DNA from: Gammaproteobacteria bacterium
Lineage (GTDB): Bacteria > Pseudomonadota > Gammaproteobacteria > G965277405
Direction: 5' to 3'
NCBI GenBank assembly: GCA_965277405.1
Contig: OZ255726.1
Coordinates: 1,952,001 to 2,016,000 of the forward strand
Length of the DNA: 64,000 bases
The stretch's first letter is position 1; the number at the start of each line of letters is the position of its first letter. The notes under the pieces were generated by a model, which had not been told where the DNA came from, searched no databases, and was given only the letters and a program-made list of their open reading frames with translations. The position numbers and the translations under genes were made by a program. Shown here piece after piece: positions 39,167 through 53,083 of this stretch.

Positions 39167-39541
39167 ATGGCAAAGATTCAAACAACCCCAATGAGTACTA
39201 CTCTTGATTGGGCAAAGTGGCTGATAGCCATCGCAATATTGATTATGGTTGCGTTTGCAAATGAGTTTTATGTAGAGCAAATAGCTCTATTGTATCGTGT
39301 TGTTGGTATTTGTGCCAGTGTTATGGTTGCAGCTGTATTGCTTGCGTATACGACCCAAGGTGCTTCATTCATGCGCTTGATGCGTGAATCGCGCATTGAA
39401 ATTCGCAAAGTAGTGTGGCCAACACGCCAGGAAACGCTGCAAACAACGTTGGTGGTGATTGCGGTTATTTTTGTGGTCGGGTTGTTGTTGTGGGGTATTG
39501 ATTCGGTTTTTTCTTGGCTCGTGTCAATTGTTTTGGGGTAG
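39167..39541 (+). CDS. secE: Preprotein translocase SecE (3 TM)
   Basis: EIRKVVWPTRQET. Confidence 0.96.
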   Translation: MAKIQTTPMSTTLDWAKWLIAIAILIMVAFANEFYVEQIALLYRVVGICASVMVAAVLLAYTTQGASFMRLMRESRIEIRKVVWPTRQETLQTTLVVIAVIFVVGLLLWGIDSVFSWLVSIVLG

Positions 39542-39543
39542 AT

Positions 39544-40107
39544 ATGGATGATATTGAACAACAGCACAGTAAATTAAGATGGTATGTGATTCATGCGTAT
39601 TCTGGTTTTGAAAAACGGGTGAAGAAATTGCTCGAAGAGCAGATTGAACTTAAACAATTGCAGCATAGATTTGGACGGATACTCGTTCCTAGCGAAGATG
39701 TTTTTGAGCTAAGAAACGGCAAAAAACGCCAGAGTGAACGGCGGTTTTTTCCTGGTTATGTGTTAATTGAAATGGAAAATGATGAAAACCGTGAAGCTTG
39801 GCATCTGATTCGTCGCACCCCTAAAGTCATTGGTTTTATTGGCGGAACGGTTGATAATCCTTCGCCAATTTCGGAAAAAGAAGCGAATGATATTTTGATG
39901 CGTATCCACGATAGCACTAGTGACATTAAGCCAAAACAGGTGTTTCAAGTTGGTGAGGTTGTCCGCGTGATTGATGGTCCGTTTGCCGATTTTAATGGCA
40001 CGATTGAAGCTGTGAATTATCCCAAAAACAGGGTGCAGGTTTCAGTAGGTATTTTTGGTAGAACAACGCCTGTTGAGCTTGAGTTTCATCAAGTCAACAA
40101 GAGTTAG
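39544..40107 (+). CDS. nusG: Transcription termination/antitermination factor NusG
   Basis: WYVIHAYSGFE, FFPGYVL, KOW motif DGPFADF, IFGRTTPVEL. Confidence 0.97.
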   Translation: MDDIEQQHSKLRWYVIHAYSGFEKRVKKLLEEQIELKQLQHRFGRILVPSEDVFELRNGKKRQSERRFFPGYVLIEMENDENREAWHLIRRTPKVIGFIGGTVDNPSPISEKEANDILMRIHDSTSDIKPKQVFQVGEVVRVIDGPFADFNGTIEAVNYPKNRVQVSVGIFGRTTPVELEFHQVNKS

Positions 40108-40204
40108 TCAAGCTATGGTGGTAAATATATAATGGTTTTGGTGAATAATGAGCAACCGTGCAGCACCCAGTCAAAATTTAAACAGCCTTTAATAGAGAAT
40201 ACAC

Positions 40205-40639
40205 ATGGCAATTAAAGTATTAGCGAATGTCAAGCTGCAGATTCCTGCGGGTAAGGCACAGCCTTCTCCTCCTATTGGTCCTGCATTGGGGCAACATGGG
40301 GTGGATATAAAGAGTTTTTGTAAAGAGTTTAATGCTGCAACCCAGCATGTTGAGCTAGGGCTGCCTATTCCCATTGTTATCACTATATATGCTGACAAAA
40401 AAAGATCATTCAGTTTTGTGCAAAAAAGCCCGCCAGCGGCGGTTTTATTAAAAAAAGCTGCAGGAGTTTCTGCAGGCAGCGCAACACCGCACACCAACAA
40501 AGTTGGTTCGGTAAGTCAAGCGCAGCTGGCAGACATAGCTGCGACTAAAAAGGATGATTTAACTGGTGGAGATGAAGATGCCTGTAAGCGAATTCTTGCA
40601 GGTACCGCAAGAAGTATGGGAATTGAGGTAGTAGCATGA
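40205..40639 (+). CDS. rplK: 50S ribosomal protein L11
   Basis: [20 protein letters not shown]. Confidence 0.98.
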   Translation: MAIKVLANVKLQIPAGKAQPSPPIGPALGQHGVDIKSFCKEFNAATQHVELGLPIPIVITIYADKKRSFSFVQKSPPAAVLLKKAAGVSAGSATPHTNKVGSVSQAQLADIAATKKDDLTGGDEDACKRILAGTARSMGIEVVA

Positions 40640-41322
40640 CACAGCTAAGCAAACGAAAAAAAACTCTATTAGAGCAGATTGATGGCACAAAAAAATACAA
40701 AATCAGTAAGGCCGCTGAATTATTGACTGCACATTCTACAGTAAAGTTTACTGAGAGCATTGATATTGCTATCAACTTAGGCGTTGACCCGAGTAAATCC
40801 GACCAAGTCGTGCGTGGTTCCGCTGTGCTGCCACATGGAACAGGAAAAACTGTGCGCGTGTATGCGATTTGCAAAGATGATGTTGTTACAGCGGCGCTAG
40901 CAGCAGGCGCAGCTAAAGCTGGCAATACAGAAATTATTGCAGAACTTGCCAAAGGTGAAATACATTTTGACGTGTTGATTGCCGCACCTGACTCGATGGC
41001 ATTGCTAGGAAAATATGGGCAATTACTAGGTCCACGTGGCTTGATGCCGAACCCCAAAACAGGGACAGTAAACGCAGACGTTGCGACTGCAGTTCGCCAT
41101 GCTAAAACCGGACAAGTGCGTTTTCGCACCGACAAAAAAGGTATTATTCATTGCATAGTTGGTAACGTTTCGTATTCAGGCGACAATATTGCTGAAAACG
41201 TGCAAACACTGCTTACTGAAATAAAACGCTTAAAACCCAGCGCCAGCAAAGGTGTGTATCTAAAAAAAGCCACATTGTCATCGACAATGGGGCCTGGTTT
41301 AGCAGTGGAGCTGGGTGCATAA
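40636..41322 (+). CDS. rplA: 50S ribosomal protein L1
   Basis: [25 protein letters not shown]. Confidence 0.98.
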   Translation: MTQLSKRKKTLLEQIDGTKKYKISKAAELLTAHSTVKFTESIDIAINLGVDPSKSDQVVRGSAVLPHGTGKTVRVYAICKDDVVTAALAAGAAKAGNTEIIAELAKGEIHFDVLIAAPDSMALLGKYGQLLGPRGLMPNPKTGTVNADVATAVRHAKTGQVRFRTDKKGIIHCIVGNVSYSGDNIAENVQTLLTEIKRLKPSASKGVYLKKATLSSTMGPGLAVELGA

Positions 41323-41354
41323 CCGCTAAAAATAGAATTTCAAGCGACTTTGTC

Positions 41355-41420
41355 GTTGAAGACCGTAGGTATTGAGTTGTCAATATAAATGCGTGCAAGC
41401 GCAGCCTGCGCAAACGCTGA
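41355..41420 (+). promoter_or_regulatory. Ribosomal protein L10 leader (autoregulatory RNA)
   Basis: GAAGACCGTAGGT ... CCTGCGCAAACG upstream of rplJ. Confidence 0.7.
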
Positions 41421-41465
41421 TGTCGATATTGGCATCTATTTTACACTTATTATAAGGAAGAACAT

Positions 41466-41993
41466 GTGGCAATAAACATTGCGTCAAAAAAGGAAATCGT
41501 TGCAGATATCCATGCGCTGGCAAGCACGGCGCTGGCTGCGATTATCGCGGATCATCAGGGTGTTAATGTCGAAAAAATGACATTGCTGCGTAAAGAAGCT
41601 CGACGCAACGGTGTTGATATACGGGTGGTGCGCAACACGCTGTTAAAACGTGCCGTTGTTGGTACGGATTTTGCATGCGCGGCTGATGCATTTACTGGTC
41701 CGACGATGATTGCGTTTTCGCAGAATGAGCCAGGTGCTGCAGCACGCTTGCTCAAAAACTTTGCGCAAGCAAACGAAACTTTTAAAGTCCGCGCATGCGT
41801 GATTAGTAGAACAATGCTCCCTGGCGACCAAATTGGTCGGTTGGCAGACTTGCCTACACAAGATCAGGCTGTTGCTATATTGATGGGAACTATGCTAGCT
41901 CCTATCGAAAAGCTTGCGCGTACACTTAATGATATTCCAGGCAAAACTGTCCGAGTGATTGCAGCAGTGCGCGATCTAAAACAGGCTGCCTAA
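41466..41993 (+). CDS. rplJ: 50S ribosomal protein L10
   Basis: VVRNTL, GPT.IAFS, LA.LPT. Confidence 0.97.
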   Translation: MAINIASKKEIVADIHALASTALAAIIADHQGVNVEKMTLLRKEARRNGVDIRVVRNTLLKRAVVGTDFACAADAFTGPTMIAFSQNEPGAAARLLKNFAQANETFKVRACVISRTMLPGDQIGRLADLPTQDQAVAILMGTMLAPIEKLARTLNDIPGKTVRVIAAVRDLKQAA

Positions 41994-42007
41994 CCTTGAG
42001 ATAAATT

Positions 42008-42379
42008 ATGAATAAAGAAGATATATTAAACACTATTGGTGAGATGACGGTCCTCGAAATTGTCGACCTTGTCAGCGCTATGGAAGAAAAATTTGGCGTA
42101 TCCGCAGCAGTACAAGCTGTAGCAGCCGCGCCAGTTGCTGCAGGTGATGCGGCGGTAGTTGAAGAACAAACCGAGTTTGAAGTAATCTTGACAGCTGTTG
42201 GTGCTAAAAAAATCAACGTGATTAAAGCGGTACGCAGCTTAACTGATCTTGGTTTGAAAGACGCTAAAGATTTGGTAGACGGTGCTCCAAGTTCGCTCAA
42301 AGCTGGGGTGAGCAAGGATGAAGCTGAAGCAATGCAAAAAGTTTTAGTCGAAGCTGGGGCGTCAGTCGAGCTGAAATAA
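42008..42379 (+). CDS. rplL: 50S ribosomal protein L7/L12
   Basis: [29 protein letters not shown]. Confidence 0.98.
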   Translation: MNKEDILNTIGEMTVLEIVDLVSAMEEKFGVSAAVQAVAAAPVAAGDAAVVEEQTEFEVILTAVGAKKINVIKAVRSLTDLGLKDAKDLVDGAPSSLKAGVSKDEAEAMQKVLVEAGASVELK

Positions 42380-42506
42380 GGAGTAGCAACATTTTTTTGC
42401 TGGAATACGTTGATTGACACAATGCCTGTGACTGGCAAGGTCTGACCTTGCCAGTTTTTTGGCGACTGTACGGCATACTTTTAACATCGCAACACATCGA
42501 GGTCAC

Positions 42507-45500
42507 ATGACTCTTTCGTTAACTGAAAAAAAACGAGTCCGTAAACATTTTGGTAAATTATCCCACTCAATGGATCTGCCATTCCTGCTTGACATTCAAG
42601 TAGACTCTTACAAAGATTTTCTGAATATTAACGACACACAACAACAAGCAGAGCAACGCGGGTTGCACCGTGCCTTTCAAAACTTATTCCCGATAGTGAG
42701 TGTTTCTGGCAATGCACAAATAGAATATTTATATTACAAGCTCGGCAAGCCGCATTTTGACTATAAAGAAGCGAAACTGCGTGGAGTAACGTATGCCACG
42801 CCGCTGCGTATCGAGTTGCAATTAAAAATATTCGACAAAGAAACTGATTATAAAAAAATAAAAGAAGTCAAACAGCAAGACGTATACATGGGTGATATAC
42901 CACTGATGACCCCAACTGGTACATTTGTTATCAACGGTACCGAGCGCGTGGTTGTTTCTCAATTACACCGTTCGCCTGGGGTGTTTTTTGACCATGACAG
43001 CGGGAAGACCCATTCATCAGGAAAATTACTGTATATGGGGCGAGTAATACCTGCTCGTGGTTCATGGCTTGACTTTGAATATGACCACAAGGATTTGTTG
43101 TATTTTCGTATTGATAAAAAACGTAAACTGCCAGCAACGATTGTGTTGCGCGCGCTTGGCTATTCAACTGCCGAAATGATTGATATGTTTTATCAGAAAG
43201 TGCCAGTTAAAATGATTGAAAGTAATTGGTATGAAATCAAGCTTGACCCGCTATGGCTGCGTGGTGAAACAGCAGTTATTGACATCAAAGACCCAAACAA
43301 GAAAAGCACAGTTATTGTTGCTAAAGGTCGCAGGATTACAGCTGCACATATTCGCAGAATGCAAAACAGTAAAGTGGATACGTTTACTGTTCCATCAGAA
43401 TATTTACTTGGAAGAAGCCTTGCCAATACCTTGGTTGATACCTCGACAGGTGAGGAGATTGTCAACACAAATACCGAAATCACCATAGAGTTGCTGGAGA
43501 TGTTCGCAGCACGAGAGGTTAATTCTTTTAACATTATCAATGTCAATGAATTGGATCATGGTGCCTATATTTCCAATACGTTGCGCCAAGACCCAACCTA
43601 TGACCGCTTGACTGCATTGGTTGAGATTTATCACATGATGCGACCAGGCGAGCCACCGAATAGAGCCTCGGCTGAAACGTTATTTGAAAACCTGTTTTTT
43701 AATCGCGAGCGCTATAGTCTTTCTGAAGTTGGTAGAATTAAACTCAATCGCCGCGTTGGTCAAACAGCAGATGAAACCCTAACCACTTTGACAAAACAAG
43801 ACATTGTCCAAGTATTAAAGACATTGATAGCCATCCGTGATGGTCGTGATACCGTTGATGATATCGATCACTTGGGTAATCGGCGGATTCGCAGTGTTGG
43901 TGAGATGATTGAAAACCAGCTGCGGGTAGGGCTGGTGCGGGTTGAACGCGCTGTCAAAGAGCGGTTGAGTCTGGTTGAAACTGAAAACTTGATGCCACAG
44001 GATCTAATCAACGCCAAACCTGTTTCATCTGCAATTAAGGAGTATTTTGGCTCCAGCCAGCTATCACAGTTTATGGATCAAAATAATCCGCTGTCTGAAA
44101 TAACCCATAAGCGCCGTGTTTCAGCACTCGGTCCTGGTGGGTTAACCCGAGATCGCGCTGGTTTTGAAGTTCGTGACGTCCATGCCACCCATTATGGGCG
44201 TTTATGCCCGATTGAAACCCCTGAAGGTCCGAACATTGGTTTGATTAACTCCTTGTCAACGTTTGCTAAAACCAACAAATATGGTTTTATAGAAACCCCG
44301 TACCGCAGCGTTACTGACCGCGTGGTTAGCGCAGATAGCGTTTACTATTCTGCTACAGACGAAAAGAATTTTGTTGTCTGTCCTGCCGATACTGAGCTTG
44401 ATAACAATCAACGAATTATCAAAGATATCGTCCCTGCGCGTGTCAATGGCGATACCACAACTGTCCCTGCTGAACAAGTGACACATTTTGAAGTAAGTGC
44501 CACCCAGATGGTGTCGGTTGCCGCAGCTTTGATTCCGTTCTTAGAACATGATGATGCCAACCGTGCCTTGATGGGATCAAATATGCAGCGTCAAGCTGTG
44601 CCAACGTTAATAGCCGACAAACCGCTGGTAGGCACAGGTCTTGAACGCACTATCGCTCGTGATTCTGGGGTGTGTGTTGTCGCTAAACGTGACGGTGTTG
44701 TCGATTTTGTTGACGCTGAACGGATTGTTGTTCGCGCTAAAAAACACAAAAAAGATATTGAGGAAACCAGTCCAGTTGATATTTATCGGCTGGCGCAATA
44801 CCAGCGCACTAACCAAAACACTTGTTTTGTCCATCGCCCATTAGTGAGTGTTGGTGAAAAAATTAAATCTGGCGACATTATTGCCGACGGTCCGGCGATC
44901 GATATGGGAGAATTGGCCCTTGGGCAAAACCTCCGCGTTGCGTTTATGCCATGGAATGGCTATAACTTTGAGGATTCAATCCTTATTTCTGAAAACGTTG
45001 TTCGTGAAGATCGACTCACGAGTATCCACATCCAAGAATACAGCTGTATCGCCAGAAACACCAAATTAGGTGACGATGAAATCACTGCAGATATCCCCAA
45101 CGTCAGCGATACTGCGCTTGCAAGTTTAGATGATGCGGGGATTGTATATATTGGTGCTGAAGTAATAGGCGGTGATATTTTGGTTGGAAAAAATACTCCA
45201 AAAGGCGATTCCCAACAAACACCAGAAGAAAAACTGCTGCGGGCAATTTTTGGTGAAAAAGCAGCAGATGTCCGCGATACTTCTTTGCGCGTGCCTTCGG
45301 GAACAAAAGGCACTGTAATAGATGTGCAAATTTTTACTCGTGAAGGTGTCGAAAAAGACAGCCGTGCCTTAGCAATTGAAGATACTAAAATTGAAAAAGC
45401 CAAGCAAGACAGTGATGATGAATGGCGTATTGTAGAAAGTGCTACATATGCGCGGGTGCGTGAGCAAATCCTCAACCAACCTATTATTGAAGCGCTCGGT

Positions 45501-46601
45501 TTGAAAAAAGGCGACATGTTGCACGCTGACTATCTTGATGATCATGACCCACGCGACTGGCTCAAATACACTCTTGAAGATCCAGAACTGAATGACATGC
45601 TCGATAGCACATTTAAACAACTAAAAGCCATTCGCAAAACCCTTGACCAACAACTTACTGATCGTAAGAAAAAAATCACCCAAGGTGATGATCTAGCTCC
45701 AGGTATTATTAAAATCGTCAAAGTCTTGCTCGCGGTAAAACGCCGCATTCAACCAGGCGATAAGATGGCAGGGCGGCATGGCAACAAAGGGGTTATTTCG
45801 GCAATTATGCCAATCGAAGACATGCCTTACGATAGCGACGGCAACCCTGTAGACATCGTCCTCAATCCTCTCGGCGTGCCATCACGGATGAATGTTGGGC
45901 AGATACTTGAGACACATTTAGGCATGGCTGCACACGGTGTCGGCAAAAAAATTGAGGCGATGTTGCGCAAGCAAGAAAAGGCTGACAAACTGCGGACGTA
46001 TTTGCATAAAGTTTATAATACGCTCGGTGCTGCTGCAATATCTGTGCCAATTGAAGAGATGAATAATAGTGAAATCCTTGAATTAGCCGCAAACCTTACC
46101 AAAGGAATGCCAGTTGCCACACCAGTATTTGATGGCGCTGATGAAAGCGAAGTAAAAGCGATGTTGAAACTTGCAGGCTACCCCGAAGACGGGCAGTTTG
46201 AGTTATACGATGGTCGTACTGGGGATAAATTTGACCGTAAAGTCACGGTTGGTTATATGTATATTTTGAAACTCAACCACATGGTTGACGATAAAATGCA
46301 CGCGCGTTCAACTGGCTCATATAGTTTGGTAACCCAGCAACCACTCGGTGGCAAAGCATTGTTCGGTGGACAACGTTTTGGTGAGATGGAGGTCTGGGCT
46401 TTAGAATCCTACGGTGCAGCGCATACCTTGCAAGAGATTCTTACGGTTAAATCAGATGATGTTGATGGACGGCGGCAAATGTACAAAGGGATTGTTGACA
46501 ATGAATTAGCAATGAATGCAGGAACGCCAGAATCGTTCAATGTGTTATTGCGCGAAATTCGGTCGCTCGGCTTAAATATTGATATGGATAACAAGGAGTA
46601 A
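42507..46601 (+). CDS. rpoB: RNA polymerase beta subunit
   Basis: [36 protein letters not shown] at 42507. Confidence 0.99.
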   Translation: MTLSLTEKKRVRKHFGKLSHSMDLPFLLDIQVDSYKDFLNINDTQQQAEQRGLHRAFQNLFPIVSVSGNAQIEYLYYKLGKPHFDYKEAKLRGVTYATPLRIELQLKIFDKETDYKKIKEVKQQDVYMGDIPLMTPTGTFVINGTERVVVSQLHRSPGVFFDHDSGKTHSSGKLLYMGRVIPARGSWLDFEYDHKDLLYFRIDKKRKLPATIVLRALGYSTAEMIDMFYQKVPVKMIESNWYEIKLDPLWLRGETAVIDIKDPNKKSTVIVAKGRRITAAHIRRMQNSKVDTFTVPSEYLLGRSLANTLVDTSTGEEIVNTNTEITIELLEMFAAREVNSFNIINVNELDHGAYISNTLRQDPTYDRLTALVEIYHMMRPGEPPNRASAETLFENLFFNRERYSLSEVGRIKLNRRVGQTADETLTTLTKQDIVQVLKTLIAIRDGRDTVDDIDHLGNRRIRSVGEMIENQLRVGLVRVERAVKERLSLVETENLMPQDLINAKPVSSAIKEYFGSSQLSQFMDQNNPLSEITHKRRVSALGPGGLTRDRAGFEVRDVHATHYGRLCPIETPEGPNIGLINSLSTFAKTNKYGFIETPYRSVTDRVVSADSVYYSATDEKNFVVCPADTELDNNQRIIKDIVPARVNGDTTTVPAEQVTHFEVSATQMVSVAAALIPFLEHDDANRALMGSNMQRQAVPTLIADKPLVGTGLERTIARDSGVCVVAKRDGVVDFVDAERIVVRAKKHKKDIEETSPVDIYRLAQYQRTNQNTCFVHRPLVSVGEKIKSGDIIADGPAIDMGELALGQNLRVAFMPWNGYNFEDSILISENVVREDRLTSIHIQEYSCIARNTKLGDDEITADIPNVSDTALASLDDAGIVYIGAEVIGGDILVGKNTPKGDSQQTPEEKLLRAIFGEKAADVRDTSLRVPSGTKGTVIDVQIFTREGVEKDSRALAIEDTKIEKAKQDSDDEWRIVESATYARVREQILNQPIIEALGLKKGDMLHADYLDDHDPRDWLKYTLEDPELNDMLDSTFKQLKAIRKTLDQQLTDRKKKITQGDDLAPGIIKIVKVLLAVKRRIQPGDKMAGRHGNKGVISAIMPIEDMPYDSDGNPVDIVLNPLGVPSRMNVGQILETHLGMAAHGVGKKIEAMLRKQEKADKLRTYLHKVYNTLGAAAISVPIEEMNNSEILELAANLTKGMPVATPVFDGADESEVKAMLKLAGYPEDGQFELYDGRTGDKFDRKVTVGYMYILKLNHMVDDKMHARSTGSYSLVTQQPLGGKALFGGQRFGEMEVWALESYGAAHTLQEILTVKSDDVDGRRQMYKGIVDNELAMNAGTPESFNVLLREIRSLGLNIDMDNKE

Positions 46602-46609
46602 TACTACGT

Positions 46610-49600
46610 ATGGAATCATCAGCATTGCCTTCATTTCGTCGACCTGCAAAAACAAACATTGATTTTAACTCTATCCGTATTGGCTTGACTTCACCAGAAG
46701 TGATGCGGTCATGGTCGTATGGTGAGGTGACTAAACCAGAAACGATTAACTACAGAACGTTTAAGCCAGAACGCGAAGGACTTTTCTGTGCGCGTATTTT
46801 TGGTCCCATCAAAGATTTTGAGTGCCTATGTGGCAAGTTTAAGCGTCGCAAGCACCGCGGGGTGATTTGTGATAAATGTGGCGTTGAGGTAACAGAGCAA
46901 AGAGTGCGGCGAGAACGGATGGGACATATTGAATTAGCGACCCCTGTTTCGCATATTTGGTTTGTAAAATCACTGCCGTCACGCATTGGCTTGATCCTTG
47001 ATATTCCGTTAAAAAACCTTGAAAGAGTTTTATATTTTGAATCATATATTGTTACAGATCCTCAAGACTCAACGCTTGAGTACTTGCAACTCCTAACTGA
47101 TGAAGAATATTATCAAGCGCTCGAACAGTATCCAGACAGCTTTAACGCCAGCATTGGTGCAGAGGCTATTTTCGACTTGTTGAAGAATCTTGATCTAGCA
47201 GCAGAAATAGCAAAGATTCGCGAGGAAATGCCATTAACGCGTTCAGAAATAAAAACCAAAAAATATGTTAAACGCTTAAAAGTACTCGAAGCGATGCTCG
47301 AATCACAGACCAAACCTGAGTGGATGATTTTGCGGGTCATTCCTGTATTACCACCAGATTTACGCCCGTTAGTCCCGCTTGATGGCGGTCGTTTTGCCGC
47401 TTCTGACTTAAACGATTTATACCGACGCGTTATCAACCGCAACAATCGTTTAAAAAAACTTCTTGAATTGAATGCGCCCGAAGTGATTGTCCGCAACGAA
47501 AAACGCATGTTACAAGAATCCGTTGATGCGCTGCTTGACAACGGTCGGCGCGGGCGCACCATCACCGGCAGCAATAAACGACCGCTAAAGTCCCTTGCCG
47601 ACATGATTAAAGGTAAACAAGGTCGTTTCCGCCAAAACTTACTCGGCAAGCGAGTTGATTATTCTGGACGCTCAGTCATTGTTGTTGGACCAGAGCTTAA
47701 ACTACAGCAATGCGGCCTACCAAAAAAAATGGCGCTTGAGTTGTTTAAGCCTTTTATATTCAGCAAACTGCAATATCAAGGTTTGGCGACAACTATTAAA
47801 GCTGCCAAAAAAATGGTTGATCAAGAACTTCCTGTTGTCTGGGACATCCTGGCAGAAGTTATCCGCGAACACCCGGTGCTTTTGAATCGTGCGCCGACGC
47901 TGCACAGGCTTGGTGTGCAAGCATTTGAGCCAGAGTTGATTGAAGGAAAAGCCATCCAACTCCATCCATTAGTCTGTGCTGCATTTAATGCTGATTTTGA
48001 TGGTGACCAAATGGCGGTGCACTTGCCGTTAACCCTTGAAGCGCAGATGGAAGCGCGGGTATTGATGATGTCTACAAACAATATTTTGTCTCCTGCCAAT
48101 GGTGAACCTATTATTGTTCCATCACAAGATGTTGTACTTGGTTTGTATTACATGACGCGGGAAAAAATTAATGCGCTGGGTGAAGGTAAGGCTTTTGCCA
48201 ATATTGCTGAAGTATCACGAGCATATGATACGAAGAATGTAGAAATCCAAGCTAAAATTAAGCTGCGAGTTGTCGACCAACAAGGTCAGATAACCATAGA
48301 AGATACGACTGTAGGTCGCGCATTGCTCTCTGATATCATCCCATCAGAGCTGCCGTTCAGTGCAGCGAATACGGTGATGAATAAAAAAGCAATTTCACAA
48401 TTGGTCGATAAATCCTATCGCCAGGCAGGCTTGAAAAAAACAGTGATTTTTGCCGATCAGTTGATGTATACTGGTTTCCGCCACGCCATGTTATCTGGCA
48501 CATCGATTGGGATTAACGACTTCGAAATACCAATCGAAAAAAACGCATTGCTCAAATCAGCATTTAAAGAAATAAAAAACATTGAAGAACAATACGCCAG
48601 TGGTTTATTAACGCGCGGAGAAAAATATAACCGTGCTATCGATATTTGGTCAAGAACAAACGACCAAGTTGCTAAGGCGATGATGCGGCGGTTAGGAACA
48701 GAAACAGTTGTCGATAGCAGCGGTAATAAAGTTGAACAAGAATCGTTTAATTCTGTGTATATCATGGCTGATTCTGGGGCGCGTGGTTCTTCTGCACAAA
48801 TCCGCCAACTGGCGGGGATGCGTGGGTTAATGGCAAAACCAGATGGCTCGATTATCGAAACGCCAATTACTGCGAATTTCCGTGAAGGTTTATCAGTGTT
48901 GCAATATTTTACATCAACCCACGGAGCACGCAAAGGCCTAGCTGATACTGCATTAAAAACAGCAAACGCTGGGTATTTGACACGACGACTGGTAGACGTT
49001 GCCCAAGATTTAGTCATTATTGAAAATGATTGTGGCACCAACAAACATTTGATCATGACGCCACTCATCGAAGGCAGTGACATCGTAGTTCCGCTGGCAA
49101 AACGCATTCTCGGGCGGGTTGTTGCTGTTGATATTGTGCAAAACGCAACAGTTGTTTACCCAGCAGGCACGTTGCTATCTGAACACCACGTTGAGCATAT
49201 CGAACGTCTTGGCATTGATGAGGTGGCTGTACGCTCTGCAATTACTTGTGAAACACAATATGGTTGTTGCGCGTTGTGTTACGGACGTGACCTTGCACGC
49301 GGACATATCGTCAACCGTGGCGAAGCTGTGGGCATTATGGCGGCACAGTCTATCGGTGAACCAGGTACACAGCTGACTATGCGCACATTTCACATTGGTG
49401 GTGCTGCTTCTGGATCTGCTTTGAATGACAACATCCAAATCAAGAGCAAAGGCGTTATCAAGTTTATCAATTTTAAAACAATTGAACGCGTCAACGGCAA
49501 GCATGTAGTCGTTTCACGTTCGGGTTCGATTATCGTCCACGACGCAGTTGGGCGCGAGCGCGAAGTATACCGTATTCCGTATGGTGCCGAACTCCACGTA

Positions 49601-50803
49601 ACTGATGGAAAAGCAGTTGCTCCTGGAGATATTGTTGCAAATTGGGATCCACATTCAAACCCAATTATTGCTGAAGTCACAGGCATTGCTAGTTTTTTTG
49701 GCATGGATGATAACATTACCGTACGCCAGCAAATGGATGAGGCGACGGGGTTGACAAGCATCGAAGTTTTAGCAGCCAAAGAACGCCCAAGCGCTGGAAA
49801 AGACGTGCGACCAGCCATTAAACTCATCAATGATGATGGCAGTGAAGTCGTACACGAAGATTCAGATGTACCAGTTGTGTATTTTGTTCCAGAAAAAACA
49901 ATTGTTTCTGCGGAGAATAACGCGCTGATTAACGCAGGAGATGTTATTGCGCGGCTGTCAATTGAAGGTTCTAAAACAAAAGATATTACTGGTGGTCTAC
50001 CGCGTGTTGCTGATTTATTTGAAGCGCGGATACCAAAAGACTATGCGGTAATAGCTGATATCTCAGGCACATTGAGCTATGGAAAAATTACTCGAGACAA
50101 ACAACGACTAACGGTGACACCTGCTGATGAAAGTAGCTCATGGGAAGTGCTGGTACACCAATGGCGGCAAATCAATATTTTTGATGGTGAGCGTGTTGAG
50201 AAAGGCGATATTATTGCCGATGGACCTCTCAACCCACATGATATCCTGCGTGTTAAGGGCGTGCCTGCATTAGCAGATTATCTTATTAATGAAGTGCAAG
50301 ATGTATATCGTTTACAAGGTGTAACGATTAACGATAAGCATATTGAGGTGATAATTAGCCAGATGTTGCGCAAAGCGCGGGTGATATCATCTGGTGATTC
50401 TAAATACGTGAAAGGCGACCAAATCGAAATGTATGATGTCATAAATGCCAATAAGTTGATTGCGGCAGATGGCGGCGAGCTGATGGAATACGAGCATATA
50501 TTGCTTGGGATTACGCGCGGCGCCTTGGCGACTGAATCGTTTATTTCTGCGGCATCGTTCCAAGAAACCACAAAAGTATTGACAGAATCTGCAATCACGC
50601 ATAAATACGATGTATTGCGTGGACTGAAAGAAAATGTCGTGATTGGGCGACTCATTCCTGCTGGGACTGGGCTTGCATACCATGACAAACGCAAGGCTCA
50701 ACGGGCTAAACAAGCGGAAGAAGTTGCAAAAGTGTTGAGCGAAAGTGATGTAGCAGCACAATTAGAACAAGAACTTTCTGACTTGGAACCTACCAGTATA
50801 TAG
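46610..50803 (+). CDS. rpoC: RNA polymerase beta' subunit
   Basis: [10 protein letters not shown], zinc finger, [13 protein letters not shown]. Confidence 0.99.
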   Translation: MESSALPSFRRPAKTNIDFNSIRIGLTSPEVMRSWSYGEVTKPETINYRTFKPEREGLFCARIFGPIKDFECLCGKFKRRKHRGVICDKCGVEVTEQRVRRERMGHIELATPVSHIWFVKSLPSRIGLILDIPLKNLERVLYFESYIVTDPQDSTLEYLQLLTDEEYYQALEQYPDSFNASIGAEAIFDLLKNLDLAAEIAKIREEMPLTRSEIKTKKYVKRLKVLEAMLESQTKPEWMILRVIPVLPPDLRPLVPLDGGRFAASDLNDLYRRVINRNNRLKKLLELNAPEVIVRNEKRMLQESVDALLDNGRRGRTITGSNKRPLKSLADMIKGKQGRFRQNLLGKRVDYSGRSVIVVGPELKLQQCGLPKKMALELFKPFIFSKLQYQGLATTIKAAKKMVDQELPVVWDILAEVIREHPVLLNRAPTLHRLGVQAFEPELIEGKAIQLHPLVCAAFNADFDGDQMAVHLPLTLEAQMEARVLMMSTNNILSPANGEPIIVPSQDVVLGLYYMTREKINALGEGKAFANIAEVSRAYDTKNVEIQAKIKLRVVDQQGQITIEDTTVGRALLSDIIPSELPFSAANTVMNKKAISQLVDKSYRQAGLKKTVIFADQLMYTGFRHAMLSGTSIGINDFEIPIEKNALLKSAFKEIKNIEEQYASGLLTRGEKYNRAIDIWSRTNDQVAKAMMRRLGTETVVDSSGNKVEQESFNSVYIMADSGARGSSAQIRQLAGMRGLMAKPDGSIIETPITANFREGLSVLQYFTSTHGARKGLADTALKTANAGYLTRRLVDVAQDLVIIENDCGTNKHLIMTPLIEGSDIVVPLAKRILGRVVAVDIVQNATVVYPAGTLLSEHHVEHIERLGIDEVAVRSAITCETQYGCCALCYGRDLARGHIVNRGEAVGIMAAQSIGEPGTQLTMRTFHIGGAASGSALNDNIQIKSKGVIKFINFKTIERVNGKHVVVSRSGSIIVHDAVGREREVYRIPYGAELHVTDGKAVAPGDIVANWDPHSNPIIAEVTGIASFFGMDDNITVRQQMDEATGLTSIEVLAAKERPSAGKDVRPAIKLINDDGSEVVHEDSDVPVVYFVPEKTIVSAENNALINAGDVIARLSIEGSKTKDITGGLPRVADLFEARIPKDYAVIADISGTLSYGKITRDKQRLTVTPADESSSWEVLVHQWRQINIFDGERVEKGDIIADGPLNPHDILRVKGVPALADYLINEVQDVYRLQGVTINDKHIEVIISQMLRKARVISSGDSKYVKGDQIEMYDVINANKLIAADGGELMEYEHILLGITRGALATESFISAASFQETTKVLTESAITHKYDVLRGLKENVVIGRLIPAGTGLAYHDKRKAQRAKQAEEVAKVLSESDVAAQLEQELSDLEPTSI

Positions 50804-50920
50804 CGTTCAGTAGCAATATTGCTGTATGTATTGCTATGCCAATGTGTCGATGTTGATATGATATCTGGTTATTCTTTGCAACCGCTTAATGGATAGCGCG
50901 CAACAGTTAACAATGCCCAA

Positions 50921-51355
50921 ATGCTAGCAATTAGAGCCAGTGGATTATTGCGATGCACTGAACAGTCAGTTTTTGCGACAATTCTCGACACCTATTCTTG
51001 GCCGCTTTGGTTTGTTGCTGTGAGAATCTTCTATCTAAAAACACAGCCATGGCCTGGGACTACGGGCAGCATTAAATTCGGCAGACTGCCTGCTTTTCGT
51101 GTCGCCGTTGAACAATTACAGGATGATTCCTCGCTGTGGTTATCGCTGCGCCGTTTTGGCATTGCCTTGCGGTTGATTATCTTGCTGAAGCCATCGGCTA
51201 CGCACCAGCAGACGCAAATATCTTTGCAAATAGAATACTTTGGGGTGCTTGGTTTTTTGTATTATTGCTTGACTGTGTTGCAGATGCGCAAAAATCTGCA
51301 ACATGCAGTCAACCAGCTAAAACTACTTTATCCACTGCAGGCAACTAACAACTGA
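50921..51355 (+). CDS. Hypothetical protein (weak resemblance to DUF2867-type domains)
   Basis: 144-aa ORF; G.LG.LY motif near the C-terminus. Family guess is weak. Confidence 0.35.
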   Translation: MLAIRASGLLRCTEQSVFATILDTYSWPLWFVAVRIFYLKTQPWPGTTGSIKFGRLPAFRVAVEQLQDDSSLWLSLRRFGIALRLIILLKPSATHQQTQISLQIEYFGVLGFLYYCLTVLQMRKNLQHAVNQLKLLYPLQATNN

Positions 51356-51676
51356 TGCAAGCACAAACACAACACCAGCCAACTACATTGTTGCAAACTT
51401 CATAAATCGTTATGCAGGATTCGCAACAAATAGCGGTGCATGCATCCGCACAATCAGGCAGCAACCACATATGACAGTCCATGCCAACCAGCCAATCCAA
51501 CCATGGTGCCAAGATGCCAACGCAGAGCTTGTGCATAACACGGATGCAACACATTCACTAGCATGGATAATAAAACAGCAATCATTACAAGTGTTGCTAG
51601 TGACAGAAAGCGGCTTACATCACAGCAGGAATCGTTATGGTAGCTATCGCAGCATTGTATTGGGGAGATTTTAGCC

Positions 51677-52714
51677 ATGAATAAAAAAACCATAACCTAT
51701 AAAGACGCAGGCGTAGATATCAACGCAGCTAATACGTTTATTGAACTCATCAAACCATTAAGTGCAGCAACAAGCCGAGAGGGCGTACAAGCTAATCTTG
51801 GCGGCTTCGGTGCTTTTTGTGAAATTCCCAAACGCTACAGCAACCCTGTGCTCGTCGCTTCAACAGATGGCGTTGGTACTAAATTGAGACTTGCCATTGA
51901 GTGGGATGATTATTCAACAATCGGCATAGACTTGGTGGCGATGTGCGTCAACGATATTATTACCAGCGGTGCTGAGCCACTGTTTTTTTTAGATTACTAC
52001 GCAAGTTCACATTTGGATATAGCCATTGGTGAGAAGATTATCGCAGGAATTGCCAATGGCTGTAAACAAGCAGGCTGCGCACTCATCGGCGGAGAAACTG
52101 CAGAGCTACCTGGATTGTATCAAAATAAAGATTTCGACTTAGCCGGGTTTGTTGTTGGTGTTGCTGAGAAAGCACGGATTGTCAATACCAATAAAATTGC
52201 AGCAAATGACTGTTTAATTGCAATAGCTTCTTCAGGCGCCCACTCAAATGGGTATTCATTGATACGTAAAATTCTTGAAGACTGCCCTACAATTAGCGCA
52301 CAACGCAAGGTCGATTTACTCACCCCAACAAAAACCTATGTTGACTCGATATTGAGCCTTATTCGTAAAATACCTATCCACGGTGTAGCCCATATAACAG
52401 GCGGCGGGTTGACAGAAAACATGCCGCGCATGCTCCAATCCGACCTAGTGATTGACATCGACCTTGACACTTGGAAATTGAATGACTTATTTTGCTGGAT
52501 TAAACGCAAAGCAAACATAGATAGCGCTGAAATGCTGCGAACATTTAATTGCGGAGTTGGCATGGTTGTATGTGTTTCCGCACAATATGTTGATATGGCT
52601 CTTGAGATTCTTAAAGAAAATAACGAGCAAGCATGGCAAATTGGGCGCATTATTCAACCGCAAGCAGGCGGGGCAGCTGCAAGAACGGTTAATTATGTGG
52701 GCAGATTGAAGTAA
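51677..52714 (+). CDS. purM: Phosphoribosylformylglycinamidine cyclo-ligase
   Basis: YKDAGVDI, TDGVGTKL, GGETAE, SSGAHSNG, HITGGG, TFNCGVG. Confidence 0.98.
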   Translation: MNKKTITYKDAGVDINAANTFIELIKPLSAATSREGVQANLGGFGAFCEIPKRYSNPVLVASTDGVGTKLRLAIEWDDYSTIGIDLVAMCVNDIITSGAEPLFFLDYYASSHLDIAIGEKIIAGIANGCKQAGCALIGGETAELPGLYQNKDFDLAGFVVGVAEKARIVNTNKIAANDCLIAIASSGAHSNGYSLIRKILEDCPTISAQRKVDLLTPTKTYVDSILSLIRKIPIHGVAHITGGGLTENMPRMLQSDLVIDIDLDTWKLNDLFCWIKRKANIDSAEMLRTFNCGVGMVVCVSAQYVDMALEILKENNEQAWQIGRIIQPQAGGAAARTVNYVGRLK

Positions 52715-53010
52715 AAATACTCGTGCCAGTGGTATGTAAAAACTGCAGCGTGTCATGGTTTGGTTTAGCGGCAATCTGATTTGCTGTGGGCTATTGCCTT
52801 CCCTCCGTTTAATATACTTTTGGTTGGCGTTATTTGCGTTAGGAGCGCCGTAAATCAATGAGACTGTAAACTGTAATTAAATGAGACTTAAGGTTGATTT
52901 TGGGGGCTTTTTTGGGTGGTTTTTCTCTCGAATTTCAATATTATCTGCGCAGGACACAGCTTAAGATAGCTAAATTAGCCACCACAAGCTCGTTTTTAAG
53001 CATTGCGAAT

Positions 53011-53048
53011 TTGACTTTTAATCGACTTGCGAATACAATGTAGTCGAA
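53011..53048 (+). promoter_or_regulatory. Sigma70 promoter of the second TA pair with palindromic operator
   Basis: TTGACT-17-TACAAT; TACAATGTA palindrome and TCGACT/AGTCGA inverted repeat. Confidence 0.7.
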
Positions 53049-53083
53049 TGTAATTTCAACCTAACACCTATGGAATAACCCAT

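Noticed and set aside
51136-51693. Short ORFs between rpoC and purM
   Set aside because: Overlapping and without recognisable motifs; cannot be supported.
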